This document shows, one piece after another, positions 1 through 12,695 of a DNA stretch of 64,000 nt. The stretch is from Felis catus (Eukaryota), in NCBI RefSeq assembly GCF_018350175.1, contig NC_058368.1, forward strand, positions 42,410,001 to 42,474,000. The letters run 5' to 3'. The notes under the pieces are model-generated. The model saw nothing but the letters and a program-made list of their open reading frames with translations. It had not been told where the DNA came from and ran no database searches. How positions within the stretch are numbered: the stretch's first letter is position 1; every line of letters begins with the position of its first letter. A program made the translations under genes and the position numbers.

Positions 1-2988
1 CTTCTCTACATGGAAAATACGTTATTTAAATATCTCCTTCACTGCATACACAGTGACTCCTTAGGATAAATGACACCTTAATTTTAATGGATTACTTACA
101 AATTTAAATGAGGACTAGAGATATCTTGGCATCTTCAAAGAACTTTATTCTTTCTTAACTTAAGCTAGACTACTAGAGTTGAATCATATCAGAAAGATAA
201 TTCTGGCCAAATCATGTTGGCTTAAAATCAAATTAAATTCTAAAAATGGCTTATATGAACTCTGTAATTTTAAATAAATCTTAATATATTCCTATCAATT
301 TCTTAATTTATTCAATAAGTATTTTGACTTAAACATTGATTATGCAAAAAATGAATCAGAAAAAAAATGATCTGCTGTCATGGAACCCATAATATCAAGG
401 CAAGACAGATGGAATAATAATTTTGATAAAATACTTAAAAAGCTGTTGGAATCTTTTTTTATCAGAAAGGAAGAGCAGAAAGAAAGGGGGATGATATCAT
501 CCTCAAATTTGTCCTTAGATGGGATTTATGTGTAAAAAGTTGTGCAAGGAAGCTTGAGAAAAATATAATGGTTTCTGAAAAAGAACGTTAATGTAATCTT
601 TTGCCACTTTCCCCTCTAATTATCTAGTTCTTAAAAATATCCCACGTAGACTTACATGGAAGTCTCTCCCCAATCATGGAGAATTATCTATCTTTTTTCA
701 ATATTTGCTGTTTTCCCATCACTTCTAAAATAGCTCCTTAGTGGTTAACCTTTTCATTCGAAAGCTAATACATCCCTGTGTTCCCTAGAAAGCAGCTTCC
801 TTTATTGGCATAATTCCCTGCATGTTTTAAGAGCCCTGACTGAGTTGTTTGCCTTTTAGTTTGCAATGTGCTTTTGAATGATCAATATGCATTACGGTAC
901 TATGCTTATTCATCATTTCTTCCAACCAGGAAAATGCATCAAAATTCTGCCAAGAACATTTAAACATAAATAATAATACTAACCTCTTGCAACCTCTCAT
1001 TACTCTCCATTTTTCAACTCCCAAACTCTAAGCATTTTACTTTTTTTATTATTATCTTTGCATTCTTTCCAGGTAAATTCCTCAATTTAACAAATAATGT
1101 TTGGGAAAAAAAGTCAGAACCTTTTATCTTCTTGTCAAAAGCATGGTAAAAATTAGCAGAGGCCTTGGGACACCCACAACTTTGCAGGTTTAGAAACAGT
1201 CAGTGATCCCCTTATCAGAAACAGATTACATTTTATCATGCATGAGTAAAAGAAGAATGTCCCAGGCATATCCTGCTCTGGAGCTATAGCTTTAGACCAA
1301 CAAGAAAACATTCTCCATAGGTGCAAATGGGCAAAGGTGGAAGATGATAATTGTTCTAGTATTCAGAATGCTCACAAGAGTCTCTAGACCTAACACTCGT
1401 TCCTTCACCTGAGGTTGAGGATACTTCTGCCAAAATTCAGGTGCTTTCCACTGACCCTATTCTTCATGAAAAGAACAGTATGTTCCTTACACCTCCTTAG
1501 AGTTTTCATTCCAAAGGCTAAGGGTCTGTTGCTCCATATATTAAAGTTTACCTTCACTCTTCTTTCATTGTTGATTAAAGGTATTACCTTACCACTTAGA
1601 AGGCAAAATTTAAAGTTTTGGGCAATAAAGTAAAAAGTAGCAGGTATAAGAAGACCTAAAAATCCACAACTCCTAAAGTAAGCTTGCTTATTAGTATTTT
1701 AAACTAGTCATTCACAATAATCCATTCAAAGTCCTAGTAACACTGATACTGGAAACTGAGAATAATTAACCCTTTAATTATACACTATGGTTTCACGAGT
1801 GACATTTTGAGAGTAAAATAAAGAAAAAAATTACTGCTTCAAACTAACTTCGTATTCAAAGCATAAGTGAGTGAAAAAAAATGGAACCATTTATGGAAAG
1901 CTTTGAGAGAGCTATAATGTTGCCTCATTTTTTCCAGCCATAAAGTACTTTGAAAGCATGTGTTAAGGAAAGAACCAATAACGAAACCACAGAGTAATCT
2001 AAAGTTGAGAGCATCTATAATTTTTGTAATGAGCAAGCAGATAAAAAAGTTATTTCAGAAAATTAAAATATGTATATATACGATGAAGTTAAGGATTAAT
2101 TCTATTTTCTACAATTCATAGTAATAATTTCATCCAGAATTCTTAACTCTTTTTTCCTACATGTAAAATCCAATTCAAATAATGTTTGCATACCTCCAAA
2201 ACATCCAATAGTCTATGTGTAAGATATAATTCTTAAAACACTGGATTTTTCATTGTTTGGGTATTTTGATAGCTTTTTCCATTATTTATGTCTGAAACAC
2301 TTGCTTTGCTAGTACACCTTTTGAATTTAAAATGTTTTATATTGTTTCTGACTTACTACACAAGAGAAACCAATTTTGAGAACAACGCCTATCAAGGAGA
2401 CATAGCCCTTCTGGTCTTTTAATTGGGCTTCATATGATTTTTGCAGAAAGTTCCCATTGATAAATATAGGGAAAAAATAATTTCAAAACAAAAGTTCTAA
2501 GAAGATTTCATAAGAGGGGCAATTCTATAGAGAGAACAGGTACACATGTACCAACAAGAATTTTGCAATTAGCCATTGAGCTTCCAGTGGAAGTTGTTAG
2601 AAAAGCCAGCAGTCATGGATTGTAGGTGTGAAGGCAATCATTAAATGGCTTTTGGAATTAAAACTTCAGTTAAAACAAAACAAACAAATCAAAAAAAAAA
2701 AAAAACCTTCAGTTTTAAGAAGCCACTATTTCTAACTTGGAAAAGTGAATAATTGCTTGTGTTTATGTAAAAATTCTTCTGATCATTAAAAAAAATTCTC
2801 TCTTGTCCTAAGTATTAAATGTAAAAGCAGCAAGTTTTTACATGTTATTAGCACAATTTGAATGAGACTTATTATAAAACTATTCAGACAAATATCCATG
2901 TTATTTTTTAGTTTGAATGAAAGCTGAGAAGCTTTATGTATCATTAGCTGTATTATATAAAGGGCACCAAACTTAGGAAGATAGTTCT

Positions 2989-3120
2989 GGGGTGCCTGGA
3001 TGGCTCAGTCGGTTAAATGTCACACTAGATTCCGGCTCAGGTCAAGATTTCACAGTTCATTGGGATCCCTGCTTGGGATTCTCCCTCTCTCACTCTCTCT
3101 GTCCCTTCCCCACTCATGGG

Positions 3121-3176
<56 letters not shown>

Positions 3177-3203
3177 ATAATAATAAAAAATAAACTTAAA
3201 AAA
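2989..3203 (+). mobile_element. Can-SINE (SINEC, tRNA-derived) with an internal deletion across the B-box region
   Basis: GGGGTGCCTGGATGGCTCAGTCGGTTAA head, (CT)n tract and A-rich tail; TSD AAGATAGTTCT at 2978-2988 and 3204-3214. Confidence 0.95.
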
Positions 3204-3418
3204 AAGATAGTTCTTAACATGTAACAGGGTTGATGCTGTTCCATACAAGTTACTGAGTAACAATTGGAAGAGCTTGCCTCCCAAGCACAAGTGCTTTGTG
3301 TTGAAACATTTAGAATCAGCTATTATTTGTAGATCTACCAGAATGGTTTACACAGTTTCCAAAATCTGAGTCACTGATTTTAATATTGGTCCATGTTTTT
3401 AGTCTGCTTGTTAAGTTT

Positions 3419-3438
3419 TATTTTATTTTAAATTTATT

Positions 3439-3477
<39 letters not shown>

Positions 3478-3661
3478 GAGAAAGACAGAGATAGCGCAAG
3501 TGGGGGAGGGGCAGAGAGCAAGGGGGAGAGAGAATCCCAAGCAGGCTTCGCACCACCAGCACAAAGCCCAACACAGGACTCAAACTCATGAAACTGTGAG
3601 ATCTTGACCTGAGCCAGACCAGGAGTCTGACACTTAACTAACTGAGCCACCTGGGCACCAC
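3419..3661 (-). mobile_element. Can-SINE
   Basis: Reverse-complement SINE head at 3630-3661 and (TTTA)n tail; TSD TGTTAAGTTT at 3409-3418 and 3662-3671. Confidence 0.95.
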
Positions 3662-3764
3662 TGTTAAGTTTCCTTCTAAATGTTAGTTCTTGACTGCTGT
3701 GATGAGTGGTGAAAAGTAAACAAATTAGAAGGTCTGAGGAAATCTTTAGAAAACAAGCTGGACT

Positions 3765-3991
3765 GGGGCGCCTGGGTGGCTGAGTCGGTTAAGCGACCGA
3801 CTTTGGCTCGGGTCATGATCTCATGGTTGGTGAATTTGAGCCCTGCGTGGGGCTCTGTGCTGACAGCTCAGAGCCTGGAGCCTGCTTTGGATTCTGTGTA
3901 TCCCTCTCGCTCTGACCCTCCCCCGCTTGTTGTCTCTCCCTCCCTCTCTCAAAAATAAATCAACATTAAAAATGTTTAAATATTAAAAAAA
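3765..3991 (+). mobile_element. Can-SINE (feliform type)
   Basis: GGGGCGCCTGGGTGGCT head; perfect 17-bp TSD AGAAAACAAGCTGGACT at 3748-3764 and 3992-4008. Confidence 0.97.
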
Positions 3992-4479
3992 AGAAAACAA
4001 GCTGGACTCACTTTCTTGATTTTCTGTCTACCTTTCCCACCATTCCTTCTACATACATTTACAAGTAAGGAGGCTATAATAGTCACCCTCATGCCAGTGA
4101 GAATTAGGATTTCTTTTCTTACTGTGGTCCTGTGTTATCAAATAGTGCATCTCTTTGTTACTAAATGTTGAGGCAAGATAAAGAAATATTTTCCATAGTT
4201 AAAGCTTTGGATGACTGCAAGGAAAAGTCAATGTTCATATAAATAATGCCATCAAACAAGGAAAAGGTATAGTACAGGGGATAGGGGAAAAGAACTAACC
4301 CTCTGATTAGGAAGTGTTTTTGCAAAGTTAGAGGCTGAGCTTATGTGTCACAGATGTGATACTAAAAGACTGAAGGGAAAATAAAAATGAAAGACTGATA
4401 GGAGAAAACTTTGTTATTCAATCTTCGAGAAAGTAGATGCTGGAGTTGTTCATAAAGGTTTTGCTAATGAGGATAAGTT

Positions 4480-4752
4480 GCTTTAGAGTGTTCTTCTCCC
4501 TGAAACAATGGCATGAGGGCATCATAATCAGTACTGTGGCAGGCATCTTGTGACCTTGAGGGAAAGCCAAGAGCATTTTCAAAATTCTACTCTTCACAAA
4601 AGCTACCCTTATATCACTGAGCCACTGAACTCCAGAACTGCCAACCTCTCCACTTTCTATAAGATTATTATATTATTACATGTTGTTGTTGCTTAAGAAG
4701 AGTTGGCTGAGTATTCTTATACTCATCTTATACTGGAAATCATTCTGAGACA
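4480..4752 (+). mobile_element. Old MaLR LTR fragment (MLT1J/K-like)
   Basis: GCATCTTGTGACCTTGAGGG...ATCACTGAGCCACTGAAC...ACCTCTCCACTTTC motifs resemble the MLT1 3' half; boundaries approximate. Confidence 0.5.
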
Positions 4753-5019
4753 ATCCCATGAAGCAAGGCATTTAATATCCTTTGAACACTTAATGCCCAT
4801 TTCATTTCAGTAATGATAAGCAAACATCTATTCTTTGAGGACAGTTAAGGATTAGAAGAAATTCAGACTGTGAAATCATTTGATAGGAAATAAACCTACA
4901 AACTTCAAAAGGGTGGTGTTTTAATTATTACAAATAAAATGGACAGTGATATAATCTTAAACATGTCATATATTATTTGAAATATAAATAGAAGATGAAT
5001 ATAATGATCTAAAGCCAAT

Positions 5020-5242
5020 TTTTCTTTTTATTAATTTTAATGTTTGTGTGTTTATTTTGAGAAAGTGACAGTATGAGAGCAGGGGAGGGGCAGAGGGAGA
5101 GGGAGAGACAGAATTCTGCCCAGGCTTTGCACCTTCAGCACAGAGCCTGACATGGGGCTCGAACTTATGAACCACGAGATCATGACCTCAGCCAAAAAAA
5201 CAAGAGTCAGACACTCAACCAACTGAACCACCCAGGTGTCTC
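5020..5242 (-). mobile_element. Can-SINE
   Basis: Reverse-complement head ending CCACCCAGGTGTCTC, (GA)-rich tract and T-rich tail; AAGCCAAT on both flanks. Confidence 0.93.
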
Positions 5243-6403
5243 CTAAGCCAATATTTTTCCATTTTCAATATATTGATCGTGCCTATGACATTCATACCAA
5301 AGTCTTCATTATGAAAGAAGTGGGATTTTACTGATGATATTTTAGCATATTCAGTTAAAGAAAAAGAAGCAAAAATATAAACCAATGTATACTGTAAAAT
5401 AAAGACTTATGTTCTACCTATGCCACCCTGGGCACAAGGAACTATACGACAGAACCAATACTGGGGGAACAAATATGATAAACAATTGTGGTCTTTTGCA
5501 AAATATACCATGGAATTGTTTAGGTCTATATTTTTATGTTAGCATATTCTTCCATTTCTTAAAATTTAGTCGGTTCAAAATTCTAACCTATTTAAGGCAT
5601 TTAAACTGTTTGGAGTATAATTTAATAAACATAAGTTCAGGAATATCTCATTGCTAAGTTTAGTCGATTTGTTCAACTATTCTAGTCAATCCTAGAATAA
5701 TATTACATTCCCACAGAAAAGAACTCTATGGTTACATCATGAATATAATGGTCATGAAATTTTGTGGTCTCTTGGTCGTATGTACCTATAAGATTTCAGA
5801 TTGGTTTCAGACTGACAGTATATCACAGGATACCATAGCAGGCAGACATATATGTACTATCCATTGTATGCAAGTCACATAGAAAGCATGCATCCCTTAC
5901 CAAAATGTCTTATCAAGCTTTATTCTTATATGAATGTGCTAAACATAACATATATATGCAAATACATTATACACAATAGATATAATCGCCACTTCAATTT
6001 TTCTACTGTATTTACTGAGAATTTCCATGATGGCAGAATTATGTTCATATAACTAATACACAGTTTTCTATTTCTTAAGCAAACATAATTATTCATCACA
6101 ACTTTATCTTCTCTTACCTTTTAAACCTTTTAAAAATAAACTCAGAAATTGGGCTTCAATAGAAGTGAAGAATGCTTCAAATAAATAAATATATAATACA
6201 TAATTATATATTAATCTAAACTATATTTTAAAATTATGTTATTAAAATTTAATAAACTATTAAATTTTGACTTGCTAGAGAAAAAAATGGGTGGTAATTA
6301 TGATAGGCACCTAAGGTAAATTTCAACATAGATTAATTAACTTTGCTGGGGATCAAGAAATCTCCCCACCAAATTCCACAACAATCTCAAAAGGTTGAAG
6401 AGA

Positions 6404-6636
6404 GGGTGGCTGGGTGGCTCAGTCGGTTAAGCATCCAGCTTCAGGTCAGGTCACAATCTCATGGTTCATGGGCTCCAGCTCTGCATTGGGCTCTGTGCTG
6501 ACAGTTCAGAGCCTGGAGCCTGCCTCGGATTCTGTGTCTCTGTCTCTCTCTGCCCATCCCCCACTCATGCTTGGTCTCTCTCTGTCTCTCTCTCTCTCTC
6601 AAAATAATAAATAAAACATTATATTTTTTAAAAAAC
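6404..6636 (+). mobile_element. Can-SINE
   Basis: SINE head, body, (CT)n and A tail; TSD GTTGAAGAGA at 6394-6403 and 6637-6646. Confidence 0.95.
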
Positions 6637-6868
6637 GTTGAAGAGAACATCATAAATCAGAGCAAATCTATCATTGCTTCTAGAACACTATCAGACCTTG
6701 CTTACCAATGATAGGAACTCTTGTCTTCTCTAATACACAAAATAATACAAATATTTAACAGTTTAGCATATAATATAATATTTGTCCTTGGTTGATTTTC
6801 TCATCTGCTAAAAAGTTATCTGAACGTACTCTATTCAGTTATCTGAACACGCACTATTCAGACAATAT

Positions 6869-7073
6869 GGGTGCCTGGGTGGCTCAGTCAGTTGAGCTTC
6901 TGACTCTTGATTTCTGCTCAGGTCATGATCATCCAGTTCATGGGATGAAGGCCTGCATTGGGCTCTGGGCTGACAATGAGAAGCCTGCTTGGGATTCTCT
7001 CTCTCTCCTTCTCTTTCTGCCCTTTCCCTGCTTGTGCTTTCTCTTTCAAAATAAATAAATAAACTTAAAAAAA
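6869..7073 (+). mobile_element. Can-SINE (older, CpG-decayed)
   Basis: GGGTGCCTGGGTGGCTCAGTCAGTTGAGC head and AATAAA/poly-A tail; degenerate TSD ACTATTCAGACAATA / ACTATTACAAACAATA. Confidence 0.92.
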
Positions 7074-10000
7074 ACTATTACAAACAATAAAATGTTAAAA
7101 TATGACAAGAAAGAATAACTCCTATATATTTTCAAAGCTCTGATAGATTTTCTCTTTTCATAATGATTACTCATGCCATTGATGGAAATTGGAACGGCAC
7201 ATGAGCATTTTAGTTGAGTTACAGTCTGTTCTAAATCTAAAAATGAGAAACATAAAATGTCACATCTCACATTAAACAAAATGTATTCAGACAAATGTAA
7301 GGAGGCATAAGGGGCAGGGGTGGGGGGAATGCATGGGTATTTAACAAAAATGTTGTGGATACTGTGAGATTGTTTTTTTCCCCACTGTTGTATATTTTAT
7401 CTGCGTTCATAAGCTAAAGTACATTCCCCAAATCAGGTTTCCAGCCATTGAAATCTCTCTTCCTACATAAAGCACTAAAGCCACTAATCTCTCAGCCCTT
7501 TGATAAGTCAACACTGTAATCAAGAGCATGCTGCCTTTGGGTCTCAGTGGCATCCTTTGATTAATATCAGCTCCCCAGGAGAAACATATGAAAATCATAT
7601 CATGTACAACTGGATAACGGTCACGCAACTTTGAGAAACTGAAACATTCAAGGAAAATGTGAAAATGAACTGAAGTAGATAAATGTCAATTTCAGGGTTT
7701 TTGACATTTTGTTATATTTAAATTAAAGATGATTTTTTTTTTGGTTCCTTCCTGCTCTAAACATGTTGGTTTTCCCTTTTAGGAGATTCTGATAAAATAT
7801 GTGGTCATCTCTTGCCAACGTTTTCAATACCTCTTCTGTGCAGACAGCAGGGTTTATATGATAAAATTTTAATGACCACGGACCGGCATAACAATATGAG
7901 GCACCAGCACATTTTCAATAAGGCTATGCATTTGTGAAGACTGCCATTGGGTGGTGTTTGCTAAGCGGAAGCCTTCGTGGCCTGAGAAACAGGTTTAGTG
8001 GAGATAGAAGATGCTCCAGAGAAAGCAACGTTATCGCTCAGCAGTGGTCGGCTGAAACGGGGATTTGTGAATCACTGCCAAGGAAACTGTATTGTGGGTT
8101 GTAAATTAAAACTGGGGTTTAGCATATGCCCGACACTAGGCTAGAGGATCTAGTTTTCAGATTACCCCACAGACTTAGTTGAAAGCAGCTTTAGAGTACC
8201 CCTCAATCCCTGATTACATCCCCTTCAACTTTCCACAAAATCCTACACTTTTTTTCTGATTGCTGTTTCATAGGGAGGAAAAGTCTAAATCAATTCAAGA
8301 GAAGTTGTGGATTTTTGTTTAACTTCTTTCCAATTCCAGATTAAGTGGTGTTGAAACTGTGGGGGGGGGGGGCGGGATGTTTACTTTAACAATGTTAAAT
8401 CATGATGTATGTTACTTGCTTGGTTTGCACAGAAGCGGTTTTTAGACTTAGCTTCTTCACTTATATACATACTCTCAGCCCCGAGTCTGGCGATACTTAT
8501 ACTTTCTTCAGTTTTACTGTACAGATCCTATGAACAGACATAAAATTTCACTATACATCAATTCTAAAAGCGTTATTTTTAAGGGTTATTTTCTTATTGC
8601 TGTTAACATGACTATGGCCATCTTTGTGACCTCTTATGATCCAAAGTATACATACAAAATTATGAGGTCTTGATTCTGGATCTATACATGTATCATCTTA
8701 AAGAAATTTTCAGGTTTATGTTGAGTACACAATGCTATTCTTGTTATGTTGTATAAATCTAATACTAGGAGAATTCTTCCTGTGAGAACTATATTGTAGC
8801 TTTCAGAAAACAGAATTATTCTGAAAGTTCCTCTCTGGTACCAACCTGACTGTCATAGATCACAAGAATGAGAGATTGAAACACTCAGATGGGTCATGGT
8901 TCAGGAATGTTCTATTCATAAATGAAAGTAGTTTACTGCTATACTTTAGAATCTCAGCAAGATGCAATTAATGGAAATTTCTGATAAAGAAGATAAACTT
9001 GATAATATGAAGTAGTTTAATTAATCCATAAGCCTAAATTCTTGGCCAATGGAGAAATGTCTTTCTGAGCAGTAAGACTATTGGAATATTGGCATATACA
9101 ACAATTTTTTTTTTGGTAATAAAAATAGTGAAAAGATCATTTCAATAGAAATGGAAAGATGGTGGTAATGAGAGGGCTGAGAAGAAGATACCAAATTTTA
9201 GAATATGTCGTGAGACAGTCCAGTAAAAAGAAATTCCTAGAAGCTTAACATTAAGATATAAATAACAGCTCATATGGAAATGATGAAAACAGCTGTTAAA
9301 CCAGAAACAGAAATCACAAACACTTTAAAATAAGTAGCACGAAATTCCACTTGAAATCAAGAACTCACCTAGAATCCAAGGAAATAGGCTTTGATATTGG
9401 CTGCCAGTTTAAGAAATTGTTTGGGGATTTAGATTATAAAACAAATTAAATTTTAATTTAATATGATTGTTTTTAAAGTAAAAATACTATAATATTGATT
9501 GTATTAAGAAAAGCCACATATTTCAAACATTTATCTGAGATACTTTAAGACTACCACAGACCTGAGAGAATAAGAATATAGTGATGATGTTTACAATCAT
9601 TATAAATATAATATATATTATGTTTATATAATTATATACATCATCACTGTAAATAACTACAGTAATTTAAATGTACATGTATATGTTTAGGAATTTAGGA
9701 AAATGCAATCTGGTATGATGTTTAAAATGTTAATTTTTTGTCAAAACTAGCAGGAACCACTCAAAATGTTGAAGGAGTTTATGTCTGAGGACTGGAACTA
9801 GGAGTATAAAAGGGTTAGGGAAAAACTGCTGCTTTTAGCTATGAATTTTGGAACTATGGAAAAACCCCTTGCTGACATAGCCCACAATAACATGAATTCC
9901 AGTGTGATTGAATGAATTGGTGATTGGTTCCTATGATCTGTACTAGACTCACCCTAATTATTTTGTTAACAATGCTACAACCCCATATTATATCACACAA

Positions 10001-10351
10001 TTGAATTTTTCTGGATTCAGTTGAGAGTGTTATGGGCAATTTTACATCATTTTTTAACTATGTACATATATTAATTTGGTAAGAATAAAAATTGTTTTAG
10101 AAAGAAATAAAGTGTCAATTTTTTAATGTAATTGATGATAAAGAAATAATATAGCAGGTTGCCTTAAAAAACACACACATGCCCCAAAACTGAATTAGAT
10201 TTGAACGAAACTTTTGTATCCAATTTCCTGAAGAAATTATAAATCTAATACTTAAAACATCTAGTCAAGTAATCTATACCTCTTCATGAAAGTAAAGCAC
10301 TTAAGCAATAATAATCTCATTAATATAACTTGTTATAAAAATAAATATTAA

Positions 10352-10596
10352 GGGGCGCCTGGGTGGCGCAGTCGGTTAAGCGTCCGACTTCAGCCAGGTC
10401 ACGATCTCGTGGTCTGTGAGTTCGAGCCCCGCGTCGGGCTCTGGGCTGATGGCTCAGAGCCTGGAGCCTGTTTCCGATTCTGTGTCTCCCTCTCTCTCTG
10501 CCCCTCCCCTGTTCATGCTCTGCCTCTCTCTGTCCCAAAAATAAATAAACGTTGAAAAAAAATTAAAAAAAAAATTAAAAAAAATAAAAATAAAAA
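10352..10596 (+). mobile_element. Young felid SINE (SINEC_Fc-like)
   Basis: CpG-rich body (GGCGCAGTCGGTTAAGCGTCCGACTTCAGCCAGGTCACGATC), intact B-box GAGTTCGAG and long A tail; TSD TAAAAATAAATATTAA at 10336-10351 and 10597-10612. Confidence 0.98.
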
Positions 10597-11099
10597 TAAA
10601 AATAAATATTAAGATTATATTGAAAACTAAGAAGTATGTTTTTCAATAACCAATAGCTTTTCAAATTTGTAATTTAGGTTAAAAATTGCAGTACACAACA
10701 AGGGCACAGAACAGTGCTGGAGGTAAGAAATACTGAAGACATTTTGCTGGTAAAGCTTAGTATTTTGAAGAAACAATAAAAATTCATCTGTACAAATAAG
10801 ACAAGTTATAGTTACACTAAATAATTAACTCCTAAAGTCATAAAATACTTATTTTTATTTCATAAGGAAAATTTCTACTTCTCCAGGACTTAAAAATTTA
10901 CATATACTATATTTACTCTGAAATATTTCCTTCCATTATAATTGATAATTTTGAGTAATTTATGAAAACATTGATAAATACTGTATTTTCAGAGAAAATG
11001 AGACTTCATCAGTACACCACATATATGCATATGGACAACTCCAAATGAACATGCTAATGTTTATTTGGATAATAAACACAGTAGGCATTTTGTTTGTTT

Positions 11100-11846
11100 A
11101 TTTGTTTGTTTTGCCTTCCCAGGATCCTTTCCTTCTCCAACAATCCTCCTCCCCAACAATCAGTTCAAGAAGGTCAGGTTCAGCTGACCAACACATCTCT
11201 CCCTGTTCCAAAGTTGTGCAAATAATACACTGGCCAGTCACAATATTTGATCTACTAATCACACTAATTAATTAAGATCTGAACATCTCATATGAGTCAG
11301 GGTAATAAAATCTTCTTGCAGGACTTTTCCTGGAACAGTGGGCAAATATATAACTAACACACGTGGAAGTCTATCAAGTACCAGGCCCTCTTCTAGATAC
11401 TACCTACAGCAACTAATGTCATCCTCCTAATAACAATCCCACATTTACTGATAAAGTAGGGTGAGGGGATGTCGAAAACTAAGTGACAAGAGCCTACCCA
11501 GAAATAAGTCCCAAATGAAGGACAGTTGATCTAAAGATGGAAAATGAAAAAAGAATGCAGGTCCTCACATCATTAGAGCAACAGGGCACAGCTGAGCCTG
11601 AAGTAAGTGCAGGCTACGCCTGAACTTTTCAATACTATCAGCCAACATGTTCCCCTTCATGTTTAAAAACACAGTTGGGGGCACCTTGGTGGCTCAGTCA
11701 GTCAAGTATCTGATTCTTGGTTTCGGCTCAGATCATGATCTCACGGTTCGTGAGTTTGAGCCCCGCATCAGGCTCTGTTATGATGGCACTAAGCCTGCTT
11801 GGGATTCTGTCTCCCTCTCTCTCCGCCCCTCTCCTGCTTGCGCGCA

Positions 11847-11881
<35 letters not shown>

Positions 11882-11966
11882 AAAATAAATATAAATAAAC
11901 TTAAAAAAAAAACCACACACACAGTTGGGTCCAATACCTTAGAATGAGAAGTCCTGATGAAAACAG
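11100..11966 (+). mobile_element. Old MaLR LTR (MLT1K-like), interrupted by a probable MIR fragment and by a SINE
   Basis: GCCTGAAG...CCTGAACTTTTCA...AGCCAACATGTTCCCCTT resumes after the SINE as ...AGAAGTCCTGATGAAAACA; boundaries approximate. Confidence 0.5.
11678..11918 (+). mobile_element. Can-SINE
   Basis: SINE head, (CT)n and A tail; TSD ACACAGTTG(GG) at 11669-11677 and 11919-11927. Confidence 0.95.
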
Positions 11967-12259
11967 AAGGATGATGCATTACTTTTGAAACTTTACTTAT
12001 ATTTTATTTAATGCTCCACATGCAATTTAATGCAAAAATGAATAAATACATATATATATATATATAGAGAGAGAACTGGACTCTCAAATGAAAAGCAGTA
12101 TTGCTCACTGGAAAAAAAGAAATAAAAGATCTTTCCTTTCTCTCCCTGCCTTATCACAAATTTCACTAACTTTTCCAAAACTGCATTACTATACCCCCAC
12201 GTATGAAAGAGGTATCATAAGAATGTGGTAGAAAGAATTGTTAACAGTCACATTTGCTC

Positions 12260-12695
12260 CCTTATGTTTTCAGCCCTCTAGCATTAGACAAAACCATATG
12301 ACTAGTTCTTGGCATAGAGTTGTGATCAAAATGAAGTGTGTCACTTCCAAGTTTTGGCAGGAAAAAACCCAAAAAAACAAAAAAGACAAAAACCCTTGCA
12401 CAATCCTTGTCTGTTTTGTTCCCCAAGTGAGGTGTGGTTTCCCTGTTGCTCTTGGACTCCCTCCTCAGGGAGGCCCCATATTCCTGAGGGTGCATCTTCA
12501 GGATGGGCATATTTTGTCAGCCTGGGTCCCTGAGTGACTGTGTGGAATGGGGGTAATTTGTCATGCATGAGGCTTGTAGTACAAGTGAGAAGTAAGGTTT
12601 TGTGGCATTGAGCCTCTGAGATCTTGGGGTTTGGGGAGGGGTGTGGGTTGTTTTGTTTAGTTTTACTACAACATGACCTAGCCTATATTGATAGT
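12260..12695 (+). mobile_element. Old MaLR LTR (MLT1I/H-like)
   Basis: GTGTCACTTCC, TCAGCCTGGGTCCCTGAGTGAC, GCCTCTGAGAT and ACATGACCTAGCCTA are typical MLT1 motifs. Confidence 0.6.
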
